Positions 10,976 through 21,665 of a stretch of 64,000 nt of DNA are shown in pieces. Under the pieces are notes generated by a model. The model saw nothing but the letters and a program-made list of their open reading frames with translations, was not told the DNA's origin and did not search any database. Within the stretch, counting starts at the first letter, position 1, and the number at the start of each line of letters is the position of its first letter. A program made the position numbers and the translations under genes. The stretch covers positions 16,854 to 80,853 of the forward strand of contig BJHE01000009.1 of the NCBI GenBank assembly GCA_014191755.1, in the 5' to 3' direction. Source of the stretch: Cyanobium sp. (GTDB lineage: Bacteria; Cyanobacteriota; Cyanobacteriia; PCC-6307; Cyanobiaceae).

Positions 10976-12499
10976 ATGACCACCCTCCTCACCAATCCCC
11001 TGCGGGTGGGGCTGCGGCAGGAGCGGGTGATCTCGCCGCAGTGCATCGTGATCTTCGGGGCCAGCGGTGACCTCACCCACCGCAAGCTCGTGCCCGCCCT
11101 GTTTGAGCTCTTCCGCCAGCGGCGCCTTCCCAGCGAATTCGCCGTGCTCGGCTGCGCCCGGCGCCCCTGGAGCGACGAGGAGTTCCGCTCGAAGATGGCC
11201 GAGGCGATGGCCGACACGATTGCCGAGCACCCCGGAGCCTGGGAGCATTTCGCCCAAGGCATGTTCTACGAGCCGGTGGACCTCCAGCAGAGCGACCATC
11301 TGGTCAGGCTCGGCACGCGGCTGGAAACCATCGACCGGCTACGCGCCACCCGCGGCAACCGCACCTTCTACCTCTCGGTGTCGCCGGAGTTCTACGGCAG
11401 CGGCTGCCGGGCCCTGGCTTCGGCCGGGCTGCTGGCCGATCCCGAGCGCAGCCGGGTGGTGATCGAAAAACCCTTCGGCCGCGATTACGGCAGCGCCCAG
11501 GGCCTCAACAAGGTGGTTCAGGCCTGCGCCAAAGAGAGCCAGATCTTCCGCATCGACCACTACCTGGGCAAGGAAACGGTCCAGAACATCCTTGTTCTGC
11601 GCTTCGCCAACACCATCTTCGAGCCGATCTGGAACCGCAACTACATCGCCAACGTGCAGATCACCGCCGCCGAAACGGTGGGGGTGGAGGAGCGGGCCGG
11701 CTACTACGAAAGCTCCGGCGCCCTGCGGGACATGGTGCAGAACCATCTCACCCAGATCCTGGCCCTCACCACGATGGAGCCGCCGGGCCGATTTGATGCG
11801 GAGGCGATCCGCAACGAAAAGGCCAAGGTGCTCCAGGCCGCCCACCTGGCCAATGAGCAGGAACCCTGGCAGTGCTGCGTGCGGGGCCAGTACTCCTCCG
11901 GTGGAACCGCCGCCCGGCCGCTGAGCGGCTATCGCGACGAGCCCGGCGTGAACCCCAACAGCACCACGGAAACCTATGTGGCGATGAAGCTGTTCATCGA
12001 CAACTGGCGCTGGCAGGGGGTGCCCTTCTACCTGCGCACCGGCAAACGACTGCCCAAACGCCTTTCGGAGGTGGTGCTCACATTCCGTGAGGCCCCGGTT
12101 CACCTCTTTGATGCCGCCGGTGGCGCCCCGACACCCAACCAGTTGATCCTGCGCATCCAGCCCGATGAGGGCGCTGAGTTCAAGTTCGAGGTGAAGGCCC
12201 CCGGCTCAGGCATGCGCAGCCGCCCGGTGGACATGGGCTTCTCCTACGACGACTCGTTCGGGGAACCCTCCGATGAGGGCTACGTGCGCCTGCTCGCCGA
12301 CGCCATGCTGGGAGATCCCACCCTCTACACCCGCAGCGATGAGGTGGAGGCCGCCTGGCGCCTCTACACCCCCCTCTTAGAACTGATCGAAGAGGCCCCC
12401 TGGCAGCTTCCGGTGCACCCCTACGAAGCCCGCACCTGGGGGCCCGCCGCTGCTGACAACCTGCTGGCCGAAGAAGGCCTGATCTGGCGGCGCCCCTGA
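10976..12499 (+). CDS. zwf: Glucose-6-phosphate 1-dehydrogenase
   Basis: IFGASGDL, EKPFG and RIDHYLGKE; start at MTTLLTNPL. Confidence 0.97.
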   Translation: MTTLLTNPLRVGLRQERVISPQCIVIFGASGDLTHRKLVPALFELFRQRRLPSEFAVLGCARRPWSDEEFRSKMAEAMADTIAEHPGAWEHFAQGMFYEPVDLQQSDHLVRLGTRLETIDRLRATRGNRTFYLSVSPEFYGSGCRALASAGLLADPERSRVVIEKPFGRDYGSAQGLNKVVQACAKESQIFRIDHYLGKETVQNILVLRFANTIFEPIWNRNYIANVQITAAETVGVEERAGYYESSGALRDMVQNHLTQILALTTMEPPGRFDAEAIRNEKAKVLQAAHLANEQEPWQCCVRGQYSSGGTAARPLSGYRDEPGVNPNSTTETYVAMKLFIDNWRWQGVPFYLRTGKRLPKRLSEVVLTFREAPVHLFDAAGGAPTPNQLILRIQPDEGAEFKFEVKAPGSGMRSRPVDMGFSYDDSFGEPSDEGYVRLLADAMLGDPTLYTRSDEVEAAWRLYTPLLELIEEAPWQLPVHPYEARTWGPAAADNLLAEEGLIWRRP

Positions 12500-12589
12500 A
12501 ACCGCGGGGTCTCTCCCGGCAACTCGCGGCTGGACCTCCGCCATCCAGGCCAGCCAGCCCTTCCATCCCGTCCTTTCATCCACAGCGCC

Positions 12590-13900
12590 ATGTCCGCCCA
12601 GCTGACCCTGCAGGCCCCCCTGGATGTCCCTCCAGCGGAGGTCACTCCCTACCTGGATCGCCTCTGGAAGGGGATGCTGGAGGGCTCGAGCGGTGCCGCC
12701 ACCTTCACATTGTTGGTATGGGAGCCCTCCTGGCTGGAGCAGCAGTTGGTGCGGGTCGGGCTGATCGATGGCCCGATTCGGGGCTTCGATCGCAGTGATC
12801 TGATGACGGCCGCCCGCCAGGCCGTGAGCGACTGCGGACTGCCGCTGAGCACCGCCCCGATGGATCCACGCCTGGCCTGGGCCCTGGGCCAGAAACCGGG
12901 CCACCAGAGCTCCGCAGACCTGCGGGGCCAGGTGGTGGAAAGCGCCATCAGTGCCCACATGCCCCGGCGGCTGATCACCTTGGCACCCACCCTTGATGCG
13001 GGAAGGCCCCTGGAAACAATGGTGGCGGCCTACTGCCCCCTGCCGGAGGAGGGAGGCACCGGGGCAGCCTGCGGCGACGCGGTGGTGCTGCGGGGCGGCA
13101 TGGGGGCCATCCAGCAGAACCTTCACCTGATCCAGCCCCTGGTGGGCGATGACCTGCCCTGCTGGGTGTGGTGGAACAGCAGCCTCGACGAACCCCTCGA
13201 CATGCTGGAGGCCTTGGCGCCGCTGCCGAGGCGCCTGGTGATCGACACCTCCCTGGGCAGCCCACGCCGCTGCCTGGATGTGCTGGTGGCCCGGATTGAT
13301 GCGGGCCAGGCCGTGAACGATCTCAATTGGCTGCGGCTGCGCAGCTGGAGAGAATCGCTTGCCATGGTGTTCGATCCCCCCTCGCGGCGCGATGCCCTCG
13401 CCCACGTGGTGCAGCTCGACATCGACGTGGAAGGCGATCACCCCGTGAAGGGCCTGCTGCTGGCGGCCTGGATCGCCGATCGACTCGGCTGGCATCTGGT
13501 CGCGAGCCGTCCGATCCCCGCTGATTCCGGATCATCGTCCGAGAGTGGGGGGATCGCCGCCGAATTCGAACGCACCGATGGGGTGAGCGTGCAGTTCAGG
13601 CTGATGCCGGTGCCCATGGGGATGCCCAAGGCCCACCCTGGGGCGATTGTGGGCCTGCGCCTGATCTGTGAACCCAAGGGCCGGCCCCAGCTCTGCGTGA
13701 TCCTCTGCTCCGAATCGGGGGGCTGCATGCGGCTCGAATCCGGCGGAATGGCGGCCCTGGAGCTCGCCGAGGAGCTGGTGCCCCTGCCCGAGGAACACGA
13801 GGAGATGGAGATGGCGCGCCTGCTCTCCGGTGGCCACGACTCCACCAACCCCCTGCTCGCCTCCGCCGCCCCCCTGGCAGCCCGGATCCTGCCGGACTGA
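12590..13900 (+). CDS. opcA: G6PDH assembly/activator protein
   Basis: Directly downstream of zwf; DLNWLRLRSWRE motif. Confidence 0.92.
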   Translation: MSAQLTLQAPLDVPPAEVTPYLDRLWKGMLEGSSGAATFTLLVWEPSWLEQQLVRVGLIDGPIRGFDRSDLMTAARQAVSDCGLPLSTAPMDPRLAWALGQKPGHQSSADLRGQVVESAISAHMPRRLITLAPTLDAGRPLETMVAAYCPLPEEGGTGAACGDAVVLRGGMGAIQQNLHLIQPLVGDDLPCWVWWNSSLDEPLDMLEALAPLPRRLVIDTSLGSPRRCLDVLVARIDAGQAVNDLNWLRLRSWRESLAMVFDPPSRRDALAHVVQLDIDVEGDHPVKGLLLAAWIADRLGWHLVASRPIPADSGSSSESGGIAAEFERTDGVSVQFRLMPVPMGMPKAHPGAIVGLRLICEPKGRPQLCVILCSESGGCMRLESGGMAALELAEELVPLPEEHEEMEMARLLSGGHDSTNPLLASAAPLAARILPD

Positions 13901-13991
13901 GGCTCTCCTGCGGCATGAGACGAATGTCCCCCCGCTGGGGGCCGGGCGGCTGGCAAGCTTCCTGCGGCCTCTTCCCCAGCGGCATTTGCCC

Positions 13992-15410
13992 ATGGCCTGC
14001 CTGATCGCCGCGCCCTGCAGCGGCAGCGGCAAGACCCTGCTCAGCCTCAGCCTCGCCGCCGTGGCCTGCGAGCGGGGGGAAAGACTCCAGCCCTTCAAAG
14101 TGGGGCCCGATTACCTCGACCCCCAGTTGCTCTCCGCCGTGGCCGGCCGGGAGTGCCGCAACCTCGATCCGATCCTCTGCGGAGAGCCCTGGGTGCAGAG
14201 CAGCTTCCGCTGGCATGGCAGCCGGGCGGATCGGGTGCTGGTGGAAGGCGTGATGGGGCTGTTCGATGGACGTGGGCCCAGCTCCGAGGGAAGTTCGGCG
14301 GCGGTGGCCGCCCTGCTGGACCTTCCCGTGGTGCTGGTGGTGGAGGCCTCCCGGCAGGCCGGCTCCCTGGCCGCTCTGGTGCGCGGTTTCCGGGACCACG
14401 GGCCGCCGCAGGTGCGCCTGGCCGGGGTGGTGCTCAACCGGGTGGGCAGCGAGCGGCACCGGACCTTGCTACTGGAGGCCCTGGCCAGCATCGAAGTTCC
14501 CCTGCTGGGGGTGTTGCCGAGCCACCCCTCCTTGGAGCTCCCCTCCCGCCACTTGGGACTCCTGCCGCCCCAGGACCTTCACGACCTGGGAGAGCGACAG
14601 CCGGTCTGGGTGGAGCTGGCGCGGCGCCACCTGGATCTCGAAAGGCTCTGGCCATTGCTGTCCCCTGTGGCCCCCGATCCCGACCTCTGCGATCCGATCG
14701 GTTCCTTGGTGGGCCCGCCACCACCCCGGCCAGACCTGCCGGTGGCCATCGCGGCCGACGCCGCGTTCCACTTCCGCTACCCGGAAACCACCGAGCTGCT
14801 GCAGGCGGTGGGACTCAAACCGGTGAGCTGGAGTCCATTAGCGGATCAGCCGCTGCCCGCCTGTACCCGGGCGATCCTGCTGCCGGGTGGCTACCCGGAA
14901 CTCCATGCCGAACGGCTGGAGACCTGCCAACAAAGCCTGGGACAACTGGCCGCCGCGGCAGCTCGGGGAGTGCCGATCGTGGCGGAATGCGGAGGACTGC
15001 TGCTGTTGGGCGCCACCTTGGAAGATGGCACAGGACAGCCGCGGTCCATGGCCGGAGTGCTGCCATTCAAGGCCCGCCGCGGAGAGCTCAGTCTTGGCTA
15101 CCGCGACGCCCAGGCCCTGGCGGACGGCCTGCTGGTACGCCGGGGGGAGACCTATCAGGGACACGAATTCCACCGCTGGCAAATCGCCATCGATCCCGAG
15201 CCCAGGTCGGCTGGGCCGCAGGGAGCACCCCTGTGGAGGCTGGCGGGGTGGGGAGCGGCCAGCCGGCCGGAGGGGTGGACCGGCGCTGACCTCCACGCCA
15301 GCTGGCTGCATCTTCACTGGGCCGGATCTCCCCAACTGGTGAAACGCCTGGCGGCCCGGATCGAGGCAAGGGCGAATCAAGAGGGGAGGTCGCGGCCCTC
15401 CTCGGGGTAG
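13992..15410 (+). CDS. cobB: Cobyrinate a,c-diamide synthase
   Basis: SGSGKT P-loop, FKVGPDYLD, EGVMGLFDG, glutaminase half PGGYPE/AECGG/GHEFH. Confidence 0.92.
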   Translation: MACLIAAPCSGSGKTLLSLSLAAVACERGERLQPFKVGPDYLDPQLLSAVAGRECRNLDPILCGEPWVQSSFRWHGSRADRVLVEGVMGLFDGRGPSSEGSSAAVAALLDLPVVLVVEASRQAGSLAALVRGFRDHGPPQVRLAGVVLNRVGSERHRTLLLEALASIEVPLLGVLPSHPSLELPSRHLGLLPPQDLHDLGERQPVWVELARRHLDLERLWPLLSPVAPDPDLCDPIGSLVGPPPPRPDLPVAIAADAAFHFRYPETTELLQAVGLKPVSWSPLADQPLPACTRAILLPGGYPELHAERLETCQQSLGQLAAAAARGVPIVAECGGLLLLGATLEDGTGQPRSMAGVLPFKARRGELSLGYRDAQALADGLLVRRGETYQGHEFHRWQIAIDPEPRSAGPQGAPLWRLAGWGAASRPEGWTGADLHASWLHLHWAGSPQLVKRLAARIEARANQEGRSRPSSG

Positions 15411-15856
15411 GGAGGGAGGCTGTCGTCCTTGGCAGGGGGTTCTGAGGAAGAACGGGTGGAGGAGACATGCAACGAAGCGGAGGGCGGGTGGTGGCCACCG
15501 AATTCGGCCTGCAGCACTCGGTCGAGATAGCGCTTGTCATGAATCACATGCCGCCGCCGCAGGATGGGGCTGAACAGCCCCAGGAAATCCTCGGAACTGG
15601 TGCGGCACCAGTTGCGGAAGCGCGACTCCGGCCGCAGCGCCAGCAGGAGGAGCACCACCAATGGAATCAGGGCCAAGGCCAGGGGTGCCGGCGGCAGGGC
15701 CCGGAGGTCGGCCTCGAGCTGCAGCGGCAGCGACACGGACCTGGTGCCGTCGCTGGTCGACGCTGGCGCGACCTGTTGGGGAGAAACCTTCTCGGCCAAG
15801 CCTGAAGACCCATCGATTGAAAGGAAAATCCTCGGCTGGATGCTTACTTGAGCCAT
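15377..15856 (-). CDS. Hypothetical single-TM protein
   Basis: 159-aa ORF with one hydrophobic stretch (LALALIPLVVLLLLAL) and an AT-rich upstream region; no family recognised. Confidence 0.5.
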   Translation of the reverse strand: MAQVSIQPRIFLSIDGSSGLAEKVSPQQVAPASTSDGTRSVSLPLQLEADLRALPPAPLALALIPLVVLLLLALRPESRFRNWCRTSSEDFLGLFSPILRRRHVIHDKRYLDRVLQAEFGGHHPPSASLHVSSTRSSSEPPAKDDSLPPYPEEGRDLPS

Positions 15857-15949
15857 GGATTACACTATAACACTTAACCAGCACTCCGCGGCACTCTGCT
15901 ACACCTGAGGAAAAAGTCGGGGTTAATGCCAAACCTGCATTACCCCTAA

Positions 15950-17167
15950 GGAACCTCTGGCCAACAAGGCCTTGATACACAGATTGCGCTCCAAATTGTT
16001 CCAGATGTACGTATTTAGCGCAGGTTGATGAAAAAAAAACGCCTGATTCTACTGATTTTTGGCGATCTACCCTCCAATTTATGTCTATCTGGCCCCAAAT
16101 GGCACACCACTCCCTTGGTCATGTTCTGCATAGCAACTGATGACGTACTAGGAATAGGTTCGTAAGGGACGCCAACACGTTCACCTTGCAGCGATTCTTG
16201 AGCATGCCGCGGAGTCGGGTCTTCTGAAAGCCGAACTGACGCTTCATCACGCGAAATGGGTGCTCAACTTTTGCACGGATGTGAGCCTTTGCGGACTCGA
16301 TCAGGTCATCTACTCGCCCCTCTGGTGTATCGGGCAGAGCGCGACGCTTTCCTGGGCGCATGGCAACCCGAAAGCCGATACCCCTCCCTTGCATTTCGGA
16401 GCGCTTCTCAATTCCCAGATATCAGGCATCCGCGTAGACCACCGTCTCCTCGCCGTGCAGGAGATCCGCTGCTGGGGTCAGGTCGTGCACATTGGCGGCG
16501 GTGGTTTCCACCGAATGGATCAGACCTGTGTCTTTATCAACGCCGATGTGGACTTTCATTCCGAAATACCACTGGTTGCCCTTTCTCGTCTGGTGCATCT
16601 CAGGATCCCGCTCCCTCTTCTCGTTCTTGGTGGAGCTGGGTGCCGCGATCAAGGTGGCATCGATGATCGTGCCCTGCTTCATGGCCATGCCGTTGGCCTT
16701 GAGGTGGGTTTTGACCACCTCAAAGATCTGTAGGCCGAGATCATGCTTCTCCAGCAGGTGCCGGAACGTCAGAATCGTGGTCTCATCAGGGATCCGATCG
16801 CTGATCATGTCGATCCCTGCGAAACGACGCATCGTCGGCACCTCGATCAGCGCATCTTCCATGCCTGGATCGCTGAGCTCATACCACTGCTGCAGAAGAT
16901 GGATTCGCAGCATGGTTGTCAGCGGATAGGGCGGCCGCCCACCCTTGGAGCTGATCTTGGGATAGTGGGGCTCGATCAGATCAATCAGAGCTTTCCATGG
17001 CACCACCTGCTCCATCTCGGCCAGAAAACGCTCGCGTCGGGTGCGCTTCTTAGCCGTGGCCTGCTCGTAATCGCCGAATCCGAGCTGCTTGCTGCCCATG
17101 AACCCAGTCCACACCTGTGATCACAGGACAATTGTCGCGTGGATTGCCTGGGTTTTCCAGGGTCTCC
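15950..17167 (-). mobile_element. IS5-family insertion sequence (1218 bp) with 4-bp CTAA target duplication
   Basis: CTAA at 15946-15949 and 17168-17171; imperfect terminal IRs GGAACCTCTGGCCAA / GGAGACCCTGGAAAA (10/15 match); lower GC; IS5-type transposase inside. Confidence 0.88.
16119..17099 (-). pseudogene. IS5 transposase interrupted by an in-frame TGA
   Basis: [12 protein letters not shown]...IDATLI...YADA-TGA(16422-16424)-YLGIEKR...RAKVEHPF, all in one frame. Confidence 0.9.
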
Positions 17168-17355
17168 CTAATTTTTGCCAGAATATCAGACTCGAAGCGA
17201 GAGAAAAGCGAAATTATTTTACAAACTCACGGTCTGCCTGCGGGCCCCGCGCCCCGGGCCTAGAACAATCGACCAGTGGCCGCGCGGCGCGATCCGTGCC
17301 AGCGTGCGATGGGCCGGATCAAGCGCGCCCACTCCTCGCCACAGCTCCCAGCGCC

Positions 17356-17781
17356 ATGGATAGTCGCGAACACGCCAGACGCCTCGGCGACCCAGGGTTC
17401 GGTCGAATGGACAGCGATTCCCTGGCATCGGCCCGGCGGCTGCGGGGTCGGCGCGCCGCCGCCGTGGAACGACGTTTTCTCCAGCCCAGTCACCAGCGCA
17501 ACGGCAGCCCGGCCGAACGCTGGCGCCTGATGGTGAGGGGTCGGGTGCAGGGGGTCGGGTATCGCGCCGGCTGTTGTCGTCGGGCCAACGAACTGGGGCT
17601 GAGCGGCTGGGTGCGCAACCTGTCGGATGGCTCCGTGGAGGTGGAGGCGGAGGGCCTCCCCCAGCAGCTCGCCGAACTGGTGCTCTGGTGCGAGAAAGGC
17701 ACGCTGCGGGCCCAGGTGACCGGGCTAGGCACCACCAGGGTGGCGGCGACCGGCGACGACTGGTTCGAGATCCGCGGCTGA
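17356..17781 (+). CDS. acyP: Acylphosphatase with N-terminal extension
   Basis: [11 protein letters not shown] and [17 protein letters not shown] signatures. Confidence 0.88.
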   Translation: MDSREHARRLGDPGFGRMDSDSLASARRLRGRRAAAVERRFLQPSHQRNGSPAERWRLMVRGRVQGVGYRAGCCRRANELGLSGWVRNLSDGSVEVEAEGLPQQLAELVLWCEKGTLRAQVTGLGTTRVAATGDDWFEIRG

Positions 17782-17854
17782 AAGCGAGGGGCCGGGGCGC
17801 GGCGCGTCAACGGTGCCGGTGCTGAGCGCCCTGGACCCAGCGGCAGGGTCCACA

Positions 17855-18565
17855 ATGACCCCAATCGGTGGGTCGCCCCTGAACCTCCTCAGCCTCGGGG
17901 CTGAACTGGCCGGCTTCGGCCTGGCCATCGCCTTCAGCCCGCTTCACATCGCCCTGCTACTGCTGCTTCTCTTGGGGCCCGACCCCCTGCGGCGTGGCGG
18001 CTTGTTCGTTGCGGCCTGGTTGCTCACCTCGGCCCTAGAACTCGCCCTGATGCTCAGCCTGGGCCATGGCCTGGTGCTGCCGATGGAGAAAGGAAGCCAG
18101 CACCGCACGGGTCTGGATCTGCTGGCGGCCGGGGCCCTGCTGGCTTTGGGCCTGCGGGAAATCCTGAACGCTGGGGAGGAGGGGGAGTCGCCGGCCTGGA
18201 GCCGCAGGCTCGCTGGCTTCGGCGCCCTGCCCCTGCTCCCTCTGCTCGGCCTGAGTTCGTTCGTGCAGGTGGTGAGCCCCGACGATCTGTTTCTCTACGC
18301 AAAAGCCAGCGGCAACCTGTTGGCGGCAGGTCTCGACCGAAGCCGGGAATGGCTGGTGGGCGGATTCTTCACCCTGAGCACGGCTCTGCTGCTGCTGGTG
18401 CCGCTGCTGGCCATGGCCGTGCTTGGACGGGAGCGGGTGATCCCGGGCCTGGAAGGGGGAAAATCCTGGCTACTCAGGAATGCCGACCCGCTGGTGGGTC
18501 TGGTGAGCCTGGCCCTGGCGGTTTACCTGGGCTGGCAGGGCATCGAGGGCCTGCGGCTCGGCTAA
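17855..18565 (+). CDS. GAP/Sap-family membrane protein (paralog 1)
   Basis: About six hydrophobic segments; AIAFSPLHI...LLLLG.DPLRR motif shared with 35060-35749. Confidence 0.65.
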   Translation: MTPIGGSPLNLLSLGAELAGFGLAIAFSPLHIALLLLLLLGPDPLRRGGLFVAAWLLTSALELALMLSLGHGLVLPMEKGSQHRTGLDLLAAGALLALGLREILNAGEEGESPAWSRRLAGFGALPLLPLLGLSSFVQVVSPDDLFLYAKASGNLLAAGLDRSREWLVGGFFTLSTALLLLVPLLAMAVLGRERVIPGLEGGKSWLLRNADPLVGLVSLALAVYLGWQGIEGLRLG

Positions 18566-20049
18566 CCGCCGCTTGGCTCCTGCACCCCGTCCCGCAGCCA
18601 GGTGCCCCACCCCTCCCGATCGGATCCAACCCGCGCCACCAGGCTGACCGCCTGGCTGGCCCGGCTCACCGCTACATAAACCAGCTGGCGCCGCAGCACC
18701 GGATCCTTCGGCCAGAACACATCGGCATCCACAAACACCTCTGAGAAGGTGCTGCCCTGGCTGCGATGCACCGTGAGCACCGCGGCTGGCCCCAGCCAGG
18801 CGAAGGAATCCCGCAGCAGAAAGAAACGACGCCAGAGGGCCCGGCCCTCCTGCCTGCCGGCCTCACGGGCCTCCTGGCGCAGCCGCTGCAACACCCCATC
18901 GAGCGCCAGGCGCCCTGGGGACCCCAGCGGCGGCAGAAGGCGCAGGGCCAGCTGGCTCGCGCCAGCCTCCACCGTGGCGGTGAGGGTGTCGATCACCGGG
19001 ACCTCCTGGCCCCCCAAGGTTCCGCTGGCGATACCGAAGTCGGCCAAATCACAGCGCTCCGGGGCCACATCCCGCACCACCAGCTCCCGGTTGGAGCCCA
19101 GCACCATGTCGGGCTCCTCGCCGCCCTCCTCCCCCGAACGGCAGGCCGGCGCCATCACCGCGGTGCGAGTGATCAGCACCTCGCCCGGCAGCACAGGCAA
19201 CTGGTCGGCCATGGAGCCATGCAGGGCCCGCCGGGCGATCGGGACCAACTGCTCCAGGGAGCGATTTGTGTAGCAGAGAATGCGGGCGAGATCGGGGGCA
19301 TCGGCTTCGGCGCTGCGGCGCAGGGCCTCCTGGGCCGCCACCAGCCAGCTGGCGCGATCGAGGGCACACACCATGCCCTGGTCTGTGCGGACCGGAACCA
19401 GGGGGGGCGGGGGGCTGCAGGGAAGCTCTCCCTCCCGCAGGCCGGAGGCCAGTCGCAGCACGGGACCCTGGTGGCGCACCACCTGCAGCAGGCTGGCGCA
19501 GTGGGCCCTCCCAAGCGCGAACACGGGGCTAAGGGCCTCTCCAACCGGCGGAAGCTGGGCCGGATCGCCCACGAACACGATCCGGGTCCCGAAGGAATGG
19601 GCACAGCGCAGGGTGATCTCCAGCAGGGTGCTGTCGACCATGGAGGCCTCATCAACCAACACCAGACCCAAGTGTTCAAGGGCCTGGGCGGTCTGCTCGG
19701 TTTCCTCGCAGCGCTCCAGGTCCCGTTCCCGCTTCAGCCGCAACCTCAGCAGGCGATGGATCGTGGATGGATACCAGGTGGGCCTTAGGCCCGCCAACTC
19801 CAACTGCCCCCTCAACACACCAACGGCCTTGTGGGTGGGGGCTACTACGGTCCAGCAGAGGCCGGCGCTCTCCACCAGGGCGAGCAGCCGGATCGAGAGG
19901 AAGGTCTTGCCGCTGCCGGCGTAACCACTGAGCACAAAGGGGGTGCCATCGGCAGGAGCGACCAGCCAGGTGGCGAAGGCGGCCTGCACGGCCTGCTGTT
20001 CAGGGGTGAGGGCATGATCCCCGACCCCCACTGCGGGAAGGGCGCTCAC
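18562..20049 (-). CDS. RecD-like SF1B ATP-dependent helicase
   Basis: GYAGSGKT, APTHKA, VDEASM, GDPAQLPP, TVHRSQGSTF, YVAVSRA. Confidence 0.88.
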   Translation of the reverse strand: MSALPAVGVGDHALTPEQQAVQAAFATWLVAPADGTPFVLSGYAGSGKTFLSIRLLALVESAGLCWTVVAPTHKAVGVLRGQLELAGLRPTWYPSTIHRLLRLRLKRERDLERCEETEQTAQALEHLGLVLVDEASMVDSTLLEITLRCAHSFGTRIVFVGDPAQLPPVGEALSPVFALGRAHCASLLQVVRHQGPVLRLASGLREGELPCSPPPPLVPVRTDQGMVCALDRASWLVAAQEALRRSAEADAPDLARILCYTNRSLEQLVPIARRALHGSMADQLPVLPGEVLITRTAVMAPACRSGEEGGEEPDMVLGSNRELVVRDVAPERCDLADFGIASGTLGGQEVPVIDTLTATVEAGASQLALRLLPPLGSPGRLALDGVLQRLRQEAREAGRQEGRALWRRFFLLRDSFAWLGPAAVLTVHRSQGSTFSEVFVDADVFWPKDPVLRRQLVYVAVSRASQAVSLVARVGSDREGWGTWLRDGVQEPSGG

Positions 20050-20600
20050 CCAACCGGGCTGAGCACGCGGGTGAGCAGCCCGACCAGATGAAGGGGGGAG
20101 CCCACCAGGGCCAGGCCCAGCAGGGCCACCAGAGGGCCGATCAGGCTTCCTACCAGCACTTGGAGCCTGGTGTGGCCGATGTTCTCCTTGAGCGGATGTT
20201 CCCAGATAGCGCCGCCGACATCGCCGTTCCGCTCACGGCCTTGGGCCAGGGCGTTCACCCGGGCTGCGGTTTCACCCGCAGCCCGGCGCACGCCGGTCGC
20301 GTCGTAGAGGACGATGAAGGCCACGGCGGCCGCCAGGGCAAAGAGCGGATCCTGGTAGCCCTGATACCAACCGACCCCCGCGGCGGTGCCGGTCATCAGG
20401 GCGGAATGGCTGGAAGGCATGCCACCGGTCTCGAGGAGCACCTCGGGGCGCCAGCGGCCGTGGAGCACGAGCTCCACCGCGAGCTTGGAGAGCTGGGCCA
20501 CACCGCAGGCGGCCAGACCCCACCAGAGCACGGCGTTGTCGAAGAGATCGCGCACCATCAACAACAGATGGCCGGAATCACTGGAAATCGGTGGGGTCAT
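20046..20600 (-). CDS. Divergent PAP2-family protein (DUF212)
   Basis: [11 protein letters not shown] and [11 protein letters not shown] motifs; usual position downstream of crtE. Confidence 0.9.
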   Translation of the reverse strand: MTPPISSDSGHLLLMVRDLFDNAVLWWGLAACGVAQLSKLAVELVLHGRWRPEVLLETGGMPSSHSALMTGTAAGVGWYQGYQDPLFALAAAVAFIVLYDATGVRRAAGETAARVNALAQGRERNGDVGGAIWEHPLKENIGHTRLQVLVGSLIGPLVALLGLALVGSPLHLVGLLTRVLSPVG

Positions 20601-21544
20601 CGGTCGCGGCTGGTGATGTAGTCGGCCAGGGCCAGGAGTGGAGCGGCCCGGTCCCGCCAGGGTTCGAGCGCCTCCTTGGCCTCGGCAACCAAACCATCGG
20701 CACGGCGCCTCGACTCCTCCAGCCCCAGCAACTTGGGATAGGTGGTCTTGTCAGCGGTGAGATCCTTGCCGGCCGTCTTGCCGAGCACATCGCTGCTGGC
20801 GGTCACATCCAGGATGTCATCGATGATCTGGAAAGCCAGGCCGATGCCGCGGGCATAGGTATGCAGGGCGGCCTGCAGGGTGGCATCCGCACCGGCGACC
20901 AGGGCGCCGCTGATCACACAGGCCCGCAGCAGTGCACCCGTCTTGTGCAGGTGGATGTATTCCAGGGTCTGGAGATCCACCGATTTGCCCTCGCTCTCGA
21001 GGTCCACCACCTGGCCGCCCACAAGCCCCGGTGCCCCGGACGCCAGCGAGAGCTCCCCCACCACCTGCAGCAGCCGCTCGGCGGACACCCCGGGGCTGCG
21101 CAGGGCCACCATCTCGAAGGCCCGGGTCAGCAGGGCGTCGCCGGCCAGGATGGCATTGGCCTCACCGAACATCTTGTGGTTTGTTGGCCGACCCCGGCGC
21201 AGGTCGTCGTTGTCCATGGCGGGGAGGTCGTCATGGATGAGCGACATGGTGTGAATCATCTCCAGCGCCACCGCGGTGGGCAGGGCCAGGTCGCCCTCCC
21301 CACCGGCGAGCTCAAAGGCCGCCAGACAGAGGATCGGCCGCAGCCGCTTGCCCCCGGCCAGCAGGGAATAACGCATGGCTTCCCACAGCGACTCAGGCCG
21401 CTCCAGAGCCAGGGAAGCATCCAGGGCAGCCTCCACGCGAAGCCGTGCCGCCTCCAGGTAAGCGGCGAAATCGAACGCCCGGGGGGCCACGGCAGCGGGT
21501 GCCGGCTCGGCAGTGTCCTGGGACGTGCTCACCGCCGCAGCCAT
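20597..21544 (-). CDS. crtE: Geranylgeranyl diphosphate synthase
   Basis: [40 protein letters not shown]. Confidence 0.95.
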   Translation of the reverse strand: MAAAVSTSQDTAEPAPAAVAPRAFDFAAYLEAARLRVEAALDASLALERPESLWEAMRYSLLAGGKRLRPILCLAAFELAGGEGDLALPTAVALEMIHTMSLIHDDLPAMDNDDLRRGRPTNHKMFGEANAILAGDALLTRAFEMVALRSPGVSAERLLQVVGELSLASGAPGLVGGQVVDLESEGKSVDLQTLEYIHLHKTGALLRACVISGALVAGADATLQAALHTYARGIGLAFQIIDDILDVTASSDVLGKTAGKDLTADKTTYPKLLGLEESRRRADGLVAEAKEALEPWRDRAAPLLALADYITSRDR

Positions 21545-21665
21545 GACTTCATAAATTCTGCGGCCATTGTCTCAGGCCGTTGACCCGGAACCGGAGAGGC
21601 GGGGGCCCGGAGTCATGGACCGAAGCAACCGGGGCCCAGAGCGAGGCTCCGTCGAGCGGGATCGC

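Noticed and set aside
16422-16424. Programmed read-through or selenocysteine at the transposase TGA
   Set aside because: The position is a consensus Gly one substitution from TGA and no recoding signal is evident; a nonsense mutation is simpler.
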